A stretch of 64,000 nt of DNA from Macrostomum lignano (taxonomy: Eukaryota): positions 263-64,262 of the forward strand of contig NIVC01002411.1 in assembly GCA_002269645.1 (NCBI GenBank), read 5' to 3'. The position numbers were made by a program, and so were the translations under genes. This document shows, piece by piece, positions 36,338-48,700 of this stretch (position 1 is its first letter; each line of letters opens with the position of its first letter). The notes below the pieces were generated by a model. That model was given only the letters and a program-made list of their open reading frames with translations, made no database searches and was not told where the DNA came from.

Positions 36338-37594
36338 CCGATACAGACTCTACATTTAGTAGTCCCTGGCTAACGGATCGCTTCAACTAAGCTGCCAATT
36401 AATATAAATAAAAAACTAGGTTCAAAAAACTTATCTTAACTACTGCAATAGAATTATTGAAAAATAGAAATCGAAAAAAGGAAAAGGAATAAAAAACTAG
36501 GAGAGAAAGGTGAAAAAACAAACTCTTACTGAGCTCACTGAACTGACAGACAGTTTGAAATGCGGCTCCCCGGGATTGCCAGGCTACAGGGAGCCGGCCT
36601 GTCTGTAAGGCAGCTTAAAAGGGTGGAAAAAAAGCAAACACGGGTGACCCGGCGTGTTTGAGACGCTAACAATTAAGGCACAAGTGGGGGGGGGGGGTAG
36701 CCCCACACCTCACACTGCGCACCTGGAGTCTGGTGAATGCAACACACAAAAGACTCGAAGAAGGCCTATTGTCAGACGGATAAAACTCGCTCCCTAACTT
36801 GCCACATCCATAGGGTTTACTTCTCAGCCAGTTGAGAGAATATCGCCGACATTATAAAAATTTGTTCTGCGCAAATTGTCCCAATCCTAAGCTTATGTCA
36901 TCCATGCCAGCCCCCCCGTCACATCCTCAATAGAATTGACACGTGGATCGGGGACACGGAGAGCATAGCTATCGCACTCAGCTAATTAGAGATACGGTTT
37001 TTACACTACACACAGAGCTACTGCCTGCAACTGTCAACTTTCCATTGCTGTAAGGCTAGAAGGACCTGTCAGACAGGAAACAAAGGAAAAGACACAAAAC
37101 CACATTGAAGCCGGAGTGGAAAAGCAAAATTTGGCCACCCAGCAAATGAAGAAGAAGAATGCATTCGAGTGGCGTGCGCGATTCAAGATTCGCCCGCCAG
37201 ATCCCAACGGCCAGCCACCCACCCACACACAGCAGCAGCAGTGCAGCGGGTTCGATTCCTCTTTGGCAAGCTGACAGCTGACAAGGTCAAGACAAGCCGA
37301 ATGAGAGGATTGCCGGTGAAACAAAGAAACGAAGACAAAAATTGCTAGGCAATATGCTGGGTTGCATAGCAATATGACAAGCAGAGAGAATAGGAGGGAA
37401 AAACATAAGCTGGAATGCGACTTGCGGCTTTATGGAATTGGAAAGCTGGGGGATAGACACCTTTGGGCCAAGTGTGCCGCCAGCCCCCTCTTACTGTGCT
37501 GTGCGGCTTCTGCTCGCAGGCACAGCTGGCAGTCATGCTGAGGGCAACAGCGGCCCCCAATCTCCACTCTAATTGCAGAGCGGGAAAATGGAAG

Positions 37595-40258
37595 ATATCA
37601 GGGAGAATCAGAGAGAGATATCAGGGAGAATCAGAGAGAGATATCAGGGAGAATCAGAGAGAGATATCAGGGAGAATCAGAGAGAGATATCAGGGAGAAT
37701 CAGAGAGAGATATCAGGGAGAATCAGAGAGAGAGATATCAGGGAGAATCAGAGAGAGATATCAGGGAGAATCAGAGAGAGATATCAGGGAGAATCAGGGA
37801 GAATCAGAGAGAATCAGAGAGATATCAGGGAGAATCAGAGAGAGATATCAGGGAGAATCAGAGAGATATCAGGGAGAATCAGAGAGATATCAGGGAGAAT
37901 CAGGGAGAATCAGGGAAAATCAGGGAGAATCAGAATCAGAGAGAGATATCAGGGAGAATCAAAGAGAATCAGTGAGAATCAAGGAGAATCAGAGAGAATC
38001 AGAGAGAATCGGGGAGAATCAGGGAGAATCAGGGAAAATCAGAGAGATATCAGGGAGAATCAAAGAGAATCAGTGAGAATCAAGGAGAATCAGGGAGAAT
38101 CAGAGAGAATCGGGGAGAATCAGGGAGAATCAGGGAAAATCAGGGAGAATCAGAATCAGAGAGAGATATCAGGGAGAATCAAAGAGAATCAGTGAGAATC
38201 AAGGAGAATCAGAGAGAATCAGAGAGAATCGGGGAGAATCAGGGAGAATCAGAGAGATATCAGGGAGAATCAGAGAGATATCAGGGAGAATCAGGGAGAA
38301 TCAGAGAGAATCGGGGAGAATCAGAGATATCAGTGAGAATTAGACAGAATCGGGGAGAATCAGAGATATCAGGGAGAATTAAGGAAAATCAGCGAGGGAT
38401 ATCAGTGAGAATCAAAGAGAATCAGTGAGAATCAAGGAGAATCAAGGAGAATCAAGGAGAATCAAGGAGAATCAAGGAGAATCAAGGAGAATCAAGGAGA
38501 ATCAAGGAGAATCAAGGAGAATCAGAGAGAATCAGGGAGAATCAGAGAGATATCAGGGAGAATCAAGGAGAGATATTAGGGAGAATCAGGGAGAATCAGG
38601 GAAAATCAGGGAGAATCGGGGAGAATCAGAGAGAATCAGGGAGAATCAAGGAAAATCAGGGAGAATCAGGGAGAGATATCAGGGAGAATCAGGGAGAATC
38701 AGAGAGAATCAGAGAGATATCAGGGAGAATCAGGGAGAATCAAAGAGAATCAAAGAGAGATATTAGGGAGAATCAGGGAGAATCAGGGAAAATCAGGGAG
38801 AATCGGGGAGAATCAGAGAGAATCAGGGAGAATCAAGGAAAATCAGGGAGAATCAGAGAGAGATATCAGGGAGAATCAGGGAGAATCAGAGAGAATCAGA
38901 GAGATATCCGGGAGAATCAGGGAGAATCAGGGAGAATCAGAGAGAATCAGAGAGATATCAGGGAGAATCAGGGAGAATCAGAGAGAATCAGAGAGATATC
39001 AGGGAGAATCAGAGAGAATCAGGGAGAGATATCAGGGAGAATCAGGGAGAATCAGAAAGAATCAGAGAGAATCAGGGAGAGATATCAGGGAGAATCAGGG
39101 AGAATCAGAGAGAATCAGGGAGAGATATCAGGGAGAATCAGAGAGAATCAGGGAGAATCAGAGAGAATCAGGGAGAATCAGAGAGAATCAGGGAGAGATA
39201 TCAGGGAGAATCAGAGAGATATCAGAGAGATATCAGAGAGAATCAGGGAGAATCAGAGAGAATCAGAGAGATATCAGAGAGAATCAGGGAGAATCAGAGA
39301 GAATCAGAGAGAATCAGGGAGAGATATCAGGGAGAATCAGGGAGAATCAGTGAGAATCAGAGAGAATCAGGGAGAGATATCAGGGAGAATCAGAGAGATA
39401 TCAGAGAGATATCAGAGAGAATCAGGGAGAATCAGAGAGAATCAAGGAGAGATATTAGGGAGAATCAGGGAGAATCAGGGAAAATCAGGGAGAATCGGGG
39501 AGAATCAGAGAGAATCAGGGAGAATCAAGGAAAATCAGGGAGAATCAGGGAGAGATATCAGGGAGAATCAGGGAGAATCAGAGAGAATCAGAGAGATATC
39601 AGGGAGAATCAGGGAGAATCAAAGAGAATCAAAGAGAGATATTAGGGAGAATCAGGGAGAATCAGGGAAAATCAGGGAGAATCGGGGAGAATCAGAGAGA
39701 ATCAGGGAGAATCAAGGAAAATCAGGGAGAATCAGAGAGAGATATCAGGGAGAATCAGGGAGAATCAGAGAGAATCAGAGAGATATCCGGGAGAATCAGG
39801 GAGAATCAGAGAGAATCAGAGAGATATCAGGGAGAATCAGGGAGAATCAGAGAGAATCAGAGAGATATCAGGGAGAATCAGAGAGAATCAGAGAGAATCA
39901 GGGAGAGATATCAGGGAGAATCAGAGAGAATCAGGGAGAATCAGAGAGAATCAGGGAGAGATATCAGGGAGAATCAGAGAGATATCAGAGAGATATCAGA
40001 GAGAATCAGGGAGAATCAGAGAGAATCAGAGAGATATCAGAGAGAATCAGGGAGAATCAGAGAGAATCAGAGAGAATCAGGGAGAGATATCAGGGAGAAT
40101 CAGGGAGAATCAGAGAGAATCAGGGAGAGATATCAGGGAGAATCAGAGAGAATCAGGGAGAATCAGAGAGAATCAGGGAGAATCAGAGAGAATCAGGGAG
40201 AATCAGAGAGAATCAGGGAGAATCAGGGGGAATCAGAGAGAATCAGGGAGAATCAGAA
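37595..40258. repeat. 10-bp purine-rich minisatellite (GAGAATCAGG / GAGATATCAG)n
   Basis: 2.7-kb array ending ~30 nt from the E78 exon 1 donor. Confidence 0.97.
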
Positions 40259-40290
40259 CAAAACATCTGAAAGCAAGGCCTGAAACTGAC

Positions 40291-41274
40291 CAGCGAGCAG
40301 TGCCGGGTGCCAGGCAGCTGGGCCAGTCGGACATCGCAGTAGGCGCTGGCCGCCCGAAACGCCTGATGAACGGAAGCGGCCAGTTGGCGCTGACTGGCGT
40401 CTTCGTCTGGGTCCGGCTTGCGCGGCTGGTGTTGGAGCTGCTGCTGAAGCTGGTGCCGGGGCTGGTGCTGCTGCTGATAGTGCTGCTGCGGATGCTGATA
40501 GCCCTGCTGACAAGTTGGCGGCCGAAGCAGCTGCTGTTGAAACTGTGGCGGCGGCGGCGGCGCCTCAACGATCCCAGCAGGCCGAGTCGCCGGAGCGGCC
40601 GCGGGCGTCGACGTTGGAGCTGACGAGGCCGACGCCGCGGTGGCCGTCGTAGTTGTGGACACTCGGCCGTAGCGCACGGAGTCCTTGGACATGCCGGCCG
40701 ACAGGCACTTTCGGAATCTGCAGTGCTGGCAGCGATTGCGATTGACTCGAATGACGGGACATCGGCCGTCGCGCAGGCATTTGTACTGAATCTGCTTCTG
40801 TATGCTGCGCCTAAAGAAGCCTTTGCAGCCTTCGCAGGAGATCACGCCGTAGTGATAGCCGCTGGCCTTGTCGCCGCACACTTTGCACGGCGTGAAGGAG
40901 CCGCCGCTGCCGCCGCCGTTGCCATTGGTAACGCTGCCGATGTCGGGATCAGGCTGTCGGTGACTGACTCTCTGCTGCTGATCCGGGTGCTTCTGGATGC
41001 ATTGATAAGCGGCTGGTGGGACGGCGTGCAGCGCCGGCTGCGGCTGGTGAGGCGGCGGCGGCGGCGGTGGCGGCGGCGCAGGCGGTGGAGGCGCCTGCCG
41101 TCGGCACAGAGGAATCAGCGCTGCCAGCGGCGAAGTAGTCGGAGGCGGCGCTGCGGATGCCGATTCGGACGCCGCCGATGTTGATACCGCCGACGAGATT
41201 GAAGCCGTTGCCATGTGAGCCGCGGCAGCTGCGGCCTGGTGATGAGGATGGTGATGATGGTAGTCCCAGCTCAT
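40291..41274 (-). CDS. E78: Nuclear receptor E78 (NR1E1, Eip78C orthologue) exon 1: A/B region, C4 zinc-finger DBD, hinge
   Basis: [76 protein letters not shown] is nearly identical to the E78 DBD. CTG|GTCAGT donor at 40290 (phase 0). Three exons total 1761 nt = 587 codons. Confidence 0.92.
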
Positions 41275-41530
41275 AGTAGTGGTTGCTGCTACTAGAAGAC
41301 TCGGCAGTCCGTCAACGGCCGCGGCCTCGGCTGTTGGGACCAAATGGCGGGCATTGTTGGCGGCCAGTTGCCAACTGGAAAAGTATTCGGATTGATAATA
41401 AGATTCTGGAGCCTTCTAGTCTAGGTTGCTGTAGATGGAAGTTCAGAAAAAATATATCAAATCAAATTTAAAAGCAAATCGAACAGCCGCATACCTTGGG
41501 AGAATTGCTGTTTAAATAAAAAAGAGTTTT

Positions 41531-41615
41531 TATTTATAAGATTTTCTCAGTGGGGTCGGGGACCGCGCCTGATTGGCCGCCAATGGGGGCTGGGGAAGCT
41601 GAACTCGGGGCCAAT
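41531..41615 (-). promoter_or_regulatory. Candidate E78 core promoter: TATAAATA plus CCAAT boxes
   Basis: Minus-strand TATAAATA at 41538-41531; CCAAT/ATTGG at 41572, 41580 and 41611 in a local GC-rich patch ~260 nt upstream of the ATG. Confidence 0.4.
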
Positions 41616-44600
41616 TATAACAGCTGCTTTGCGGTGTTGGCCATATATGGGAGTTTTTATGCGCAAATATGCTTAACTCACTACTAAAAATCCCATTTAC
41701 TGTATTCAGTAATAAGCAAGACAAAGGAAATATCCTATATCTTGTAAATTATATCATAGAATGCCTCCCTAAAATGCACATTTTCAATAAGGTAAGATTA
41801 GCCCATGCCCACTGACTATAATATTTTTGTTATACTTTGGTACTTCTAGCAAATTTTATGCCAATTTAGCAAAGCAGACAAGCTTTTCTATGGAATTTGA
41901 TCTTTAGTTTAAATAGGGAACAGTTGACCCCCTGACTTCCTCAGATGGCTCATCCAATATACAATAGTTACAGAATGATCTCAGATGACCCCCTCCCCAA
42001 TTTCTTTTATTCTTAAATCTTGATTCCTTTAGAAGTAATAGATATTTTATAGTATAGACTCCTAGTCTCTGTCAAAAGCACTCTTCTCTTCTTAATTAAC
42101 CTCTAGCCAAAATAGCAATAGTCATTTTTATATCTACTATCCTATATTTAGGATTCAGACACTCAGTTTAAAAAAAAATTGTTTAAACATTCAAAGCCTA
42201 AAAAAATGTGTTTTCAGTAAATTATATATTTGGCTTTTTATTAGGTCCAAACCAAAAGAGTCATAAAGAGATATAACAATAAATTTTTAGTTTTAAATAT
42301 TGTCAAGTTGTTGTTTTCAAAAGAAAAATTATTGTTCATTATTTTTTGGAAACTATTTTGCATACAATAGTATTTCTTAGTATTCAACAGTGTGCAAGTC
42401 AAAATGGGATATAATATTGATATATATATAGTTATGGTCTAGGGTCAAGGACTATTCAATTCTTGAGAATTGACTAGTCCCTGTCTAGGGTATGCACTTA
42501 TGCAATTGCAAGATATGTAATAAATGTTTAACTTTAATCTTGACTTATGGCTACTTATCTTAATAATTTTAATTTGGTTGCTTACTTAACTTTTATTATT
42601 TCTTTTTTAGTTATTAACTAATATAATATGACTAAACTTGACTTGAAAAAAATAATTTTAGCTTAAAAAACAGTTCAAATAAAGAAAATGCAGTTTTTGC
42701 ACCTAGCTAAATATTTATACTAAATATTTATAACAGAAATATATGTTCTAAATGCATTTAATTAAAAATAATTAATGATTTAAATTTTATTACTCATAAT
42801 TTATAAATTAGTGAGGCTTTTCATATTGCTTGTTCTGGTTCTAGAACCAAAACCAATTTGTAAAGTATAACTTTCTGTCTCTTTAACTAGAGGGATATGC
42901 TTGCTATAAACTTTTAATTATTGAATGAAAATCGCCAAGAAGAAAGTGAAAAATTGTGCAAAGTGACGCTGTTAAGGCAGTCAAATATTAACAGGTTAAA
43001 TAGTTATACTGCTGTTTTTCTTGAAAGATCCGAACCGATTCTGGTTCTGGAATTAGTAATGTGAAGAGGCTTAGTGAATTTTAATAATGTGAATGTTTGA
43101 TAAATGTTTTTAAGAATTAATGCTAAATGTTTTCAAACATTAATTTAAAAGTATCAAATTTATGCGTTTTCATTAAGAGTGCAATAAATGTTTAAAAATT
43201 AAAATATTTTTCTATTAAATAATTTGATAAACATTTCATGATTTAATACGATTCTGTACAAATGTACATGTAATGCAAATGTAAATGTACATAAATGTAC
43301 AAAAATCGTTTTCATGATGTTGCAAGTTTTTTTTAAGAGCAGCATTTATTAATTTGGAAGGTTACTGAAAACAAAGCATCAAAACCCAAATTTTTTTTTC
43401 GTAAAGAACTACAAAGTACAAAGTTCAAAGTAAGTATCATGACTTCATAAAAATATCCGATCTTTTAATTTACTTTGCAACGTTTTCTTAGTTTTTTCCT
43501 CTTTTAAAAAGTTACCGATTTTATATACTAAAACAAAACAACAGTGCGCACTGCAAGTTACAAAAGCTTTTATAGTTCAGTAAAGCAAAAAATACAGTTT
43601 TGTACAAAGATAAAAAGGAAATACAAGTAACAATAGCACCTTTAACACTAGAAAAATAGTGATCAAATTCAATCAGAGATCTTATTTAAAATTATTGTTT
43701 AATGTGATCATTATTATTCCGCACGGGCCACATTTTATATATAGATGGGTTCAGTTTTTAAAGCATATTTTAGTACATTGAAATAAAGCCTAACAGTTTT
43801 TCTCAGTCTTTTTAGATGTTCATCATCCAGCATGTCAGCAATCCTCGGCTCTATGCTAAAATAAATAATTTTTATAATTTTATAATAATTTTTATAATAA
43901 ATAATTTTTTTTAAAAATAAATATAGCTCTATGCTATATTATACCATTAAGCCTAATTGCACTATTGGAATATCACTGCCAAAAAGTGAAGTATGCAGCG
44001 CAGTGGTGACTATGTGGAGAAGCCTCACAACAATGTTGATGATTAACTTTTGACTGTTATTTCCTCAGCTTTCATGTTGTGGATGTTTTGTTGAATCGTT
44101 AAATGTTTCATTGTTTCATGCATTAGGTACGAAGCTTTGGTCTATGGCAATTTGTAAAAGTAACATAGGGGGTAGGGCAGAAAAGTGCTCATATTTCAAG
44201 AATGCCAGCAGATACAGAAATAAGCAGAAAGTCATTTTAATGGGCAGATAATTCTCTTTTCAACTGTAAACGACTTAATATTTCTGATCAGTCAGAAAAG
44301 GCTATAGTGAAGAAAGTGTACCGACTTTTGGGACCCCTCGTCCCAAATTTAATTGTAAATGTTCCTTTAAATTATTTTGCATTTTTATAATGTTTTGAAC
44401 TTTTCAATTTGGGCTGTTTGCCAATCGACAAGTAGTAGACAAATAATATAGTATCCTATGATATAATCCCTAGTGTTTCAAAAAAAATCTAGCCTTAGAG
44501 GTAAGGCTAGGTTATTATAAAATAAAAGAGTGCTTCAATTTTGGCTAAGTTAATTAGTAAATATGGCAAAGTAAAAATCTCCCAAAAATCATATTTTTTT

Positions 44601-45359
44601 TTAGATACCAATAGCAAATGCATTGCCTTACCTAGGGTTGTTAATAACAATTTAGTGGCTTTTACTTTACCCTATTGTAGCAAATGGCCATTTTTAGAAA
44701 GGTATGTAGTATAGATTCACTTGGTAATAGTTTTGTATGTAGCAATAAGCATCAGGATATATGCATGCAAAGGATATAAGAGCACATGAGAAGAGGTGGA
44801 TACAAGAATATACTCATTTGCAAAGATGGAAGTGCAAAGGTATATATAGAAAAGATCAATATTTAGCATAAGAAGAAGTATCTAGGTCTACTAGTAATGC
44901 AATTTAAAGTGGTATATACATAGCTAAAATAATATTATAATAGGCCCAAAAGATAATAATTAAGAAAAGAAGATAGCATGTTGTAAAAATAATTGGCTAT
45001 GCACTATATCATAATATTAATAGAACTTACTAGCAATCTACGCCCCCCCCGTTGGGGAGCTAGCAGGGACTAGGAACAACAGGCCCAGGCGCCTGGCCGC
45101 GCCATGGAGTCACCCTTGCCAGTTGCGCTCATGCCGTCACTCAGTGGGACGCTGCGCGCTGCGCTGACCTCTGCAAGTCCCTGCTATGATGAACTTTGCT
45201 GCCACAGCCGAAGCGCAGCCATCCAAGCCAACCATACATGCGCAACCTCCAAAATTCGGTCGGCCGTGCGACTTAGTTTTAACAAAAATGCGACGTAGTT
45301 TTTGGCCAAAAATGCGACTTACATGTAAAAAAACCCTAAAGCAAAATTAACGCAACTTT

Positions 45360-45423
45360 GGGTAAACGGCAGGAGTAACTATGACTGTTTTATTAAGCCA
45401 AAATGCCTCGTCAGCTACTTAGT
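45360..45423 (+). pseudogene. Isolated degenerate 28S rRNA fragment (R2/I-PpoI target region)
   Basis: GGGTAAACGGCAGGAGTAACTATGACT matches the conserved 28S GGGTAAACGGCGGGAGTAACTATGACT at 26/27, followed by AGCCAAAATGCCTCGTCAGCTACTTAGT vs AGCCAAATGCCTCGTCATCTAATTAGT. No further rDNA on either side. Confidence 0.8.
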
Positions 45424-45717
45424 ACTACTACTTGGGTATTTTTTTAGGTGGACATTTTTGCGACTTCCTTGGTTGGCTGCCAAATCAGTCGGCCGGATCG
45501 GCCGACTCGGCCGACTGTTGCGCACGTATGAAGCCAACCGAGGTCATCCGTGGCCTGGTAATCTGGCCGCGATGCCAGGTGTTAGCACTATTTGCACAGG
45601 TGTGCAAATAAAGTGGCTCCATACTGTAAATAATAAAAGCAAATCTTAAGTAATTTTTAATGCCAGTATATATCTATACTATAAAGCTTAGATGGAAGCT
45701 ATTGAATGACATTGTAT

Positions 45718-48700
45718 GGTTGAATCCAAAAAATGATACAGAAGTAGTATACCGTAATTTTTTAGTGCAATATATTGTTCTTCTTAGTTGTTTTAGGAAG
45801 CAAACATACTAGGAAAGCAACATACAAAGTCTTATGCACAAGATAAGTATATCCCCAGAAATAAATGCACTTTTTTATTTTGAGAGTGTCCATAAGTAGA
45901 CACAAGGTGTTGGTAAGTGGACAGAAGGCGTTGGTAAGTAGACAGAAGGCGTCGGTAAGTGGACAAAAGGCATCAGTAAGTGGACAAGAAGCGCTGGTGA
46001 GTGGACAAGAAGCGCCAGTGAGTGGACATTGATTACTTATTACCATAGACACACTGCATTCGACAATGCTAAGAGTTAATTATGATTTAGATGTGACATG
46101 TATTTGTTTTTTCATTAAGAAAAAACAAAATGGCAAACTGAAAAGTGTAAAAAGTAATGAATGCTGTACAGTATCTAGTTTATTTTCAATGCAAAAAATT
46201 TGTACATATAAAGGCAAACATAATAAACTTTTTTGAAAAAAGGCTTTTAATTCACCAGCGTTGGTACAAGTGTAGGCAATACAGAAATAAAAAAGTTGCA
46301 TAAACTGTAGTTTAGAAGGCATTATTATACAGTTCTTCAATCCGCTCAAACTCGTCTTCTTCCAAGCAATAAATCAAACATTGTGACGTTGACGACCTTG
46401 GAGCTATTCTTGGCGGCGCTCTGCAAACTGCCAGAATAGTATACCAGTATACCATTGCAGGTCCTTCTTACTTTGCCAGGTGAACCTGTGAAGAGAGTCA
46501 ATTGTTTTTAACTTCGACTTGCATTTTGGTCAGCTGTGTAGTGCTCATGAAAGACACGTGAATGTTGTCATTGCGTTTTTCTCGAACTTCACCCAAAAAC
46601 CAGCAGGTTTTGTAGTTGACAGCAACAAATGTGCTGACGGTCACTACTGGCACTTCAAGTGGCACAATGCATTTAACATTTACTTCCACAGTCTTGGCTT
46701 CATTCGAACTGGCTGTCAGTGGGTTAGGGCTCCAGCTCTGACAGTGAAAACACAGACAACCAGCTGCCGCATTGGCAGGCTAAATTGCGTTATATAATGC
46801 CTGCTGGCATCCCCTCCACTTGATAGGTCTTAAGGATTCTGTTCAGCGACAATACCTTGGCCTTGGCGAGAATGGCTTTAAAGGTGTCGATGCTTTCAGA
46901 GGTGACAGAGGTGATAAAGAAATCTGTAAATGATCTCTAGCTTATTGCATTTTACAATGCAAGATTTTAAACAATTTTGAAATGGCTTACTGGAGGAAGC
47001 AAAACTTGCGACTCGTGGAGACCACCATTTATTACCGCTTCCACGTCTGTCTGTCTGGCCACGGGAGACAACTTCGTTGCAGCGGCGCTTGATAGCTGCC
47101 CCCACTCTATCCGGTGCACCTTTCCCATGTCCGGCTTCGCTGAAGAGCCACTGCCAGTGAGAAATTCCCATGGCCACCATCTCGTGTTGAAATAAGTACA
47201 TTGTGTACCTATTTCTATATTGAGAGGACGGCGAGTCGGAGATCATAGTGACCCGCCTGAGCTCACACAAGGTCCAGCAGTGTTCCAGAACTGGCTGAAG
47301 GTGTGCCAGCACAGCTTCAGCAACCTTGCTGCAATTTGATGACAGCGTGGCAAAGGCAAGATTGCATAGCATTACACAATACCTACCTTCATGTACAACA
47401 CGCCCTGATGAATGACCACCTTGGTGTGACTACCGTAGTGTGAGGATGTTGTCTCTTTGCCTGTCTTTCCAGTGTAATTTTCCAAAAAGTTGACATGCAC
47501 TACAGCATGACCTTCCTCCAGTGTTGATTGGATGGAGCGCATGAAACGAAATTGATGCTTGATGCGGTAATAGTGGCTAGAGTACTTCTTCAGCATCAGC
47601 TAGAAGGAGTTTAATGCCACAGCCAAGTCGTCGCATCTCTATCAATGAACTTTTTTGTGATATATTGTTTCAAATAAAGGTCAACACTTTTATCTACCAC
47701 TAGTCGCTGCATATGATCTTTTAAATGGGTACTTTAAAACTGAATTAGCAAACATAGTGCAAAAAACCTACCTGAATGCACTGAGTCGACTTGGAATTAT
47801 TTTTGTTGAACATCAGGGTCCACTGATAATAGGTTAGCCGCAGAGGTGCAGTGTTGGTCAATTGAATCAGAAAACTCTTCTGGCTGCATTCTAAGCACTC
47901 GTAGCAGACAAGCAGCAGGTGCATCGCGGCCACACAAGATGCTCTCCATGAGCTGGTGCTTAAGTTTTTTTCTGTTTTTAAAAGACATGAAATGCGTATT
48001 TTGAATTAAACAAAAGTGCATTTGAGAAAAATAGATAAAAAGTATACTCGACTTACATCAAGATTGCTGCACGTCATGCACAGGCAAATGTTACAGTCAT
48101 TAAGCTTTGGCTAAACAATATAAAAAGGCCTTAAAGCATAGAAAGTTGAATGGCCAATTGAGATGGTTGGATGTTCAGATTGAAACTTCTCAAACAAAAC
48201 ATCGATAGAGAAGTTAAGAAAACGCTTCTGCATTTTCTTCCCCTTATGCGTCTTTGTTTCGTTTGTGGAAGCAGTCATTTGTGAGTTGTCATCACATGTG
48301 AAGAACTCTTCAACAAGAACTTGACGCTTAAACTTTGCACTGGCAGCTAGGCTGATGCTGTTTTTGTCAGTCTCCTTGAGGGTTCGATAGTCAATTCCAA
48401 GTCTTTGAACAAAGTAGCCATGGGCATAGTACATCAATTCTATTTAATCACAAAAATTTAACATTTGAGAAACAAGCTTACCAGGCATTGCATGCGCTTT
48501 TTTAGCCATGAGACTTTAGTAACAAGCTTACTGTTCTCCCTTTTAAGCTCTTTACGTTTAGCCATTGCATGCTTTGCCTCACAAGAAAAGGCTGCAGCAC
48601 TTCAATTTGTGGACTTTGCATCTCCAGTACTGGCAGCTAAAGTTGAAGCACTTTCACTATTAGTAGCTGGACTAGAGATAGTGCTTACAGGATCAGAATG

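Noticed and set aside
41700-45000. AT-rich block upstream of E78
   Set aside because: No ORF, terminal repeats or RNA motif could be supported; treated as intergenic.
45360-45423. Functional rRNA gene
   Set aside because: Only ~64 nt are homologous, with a disrupted core and no flanking rDNA.
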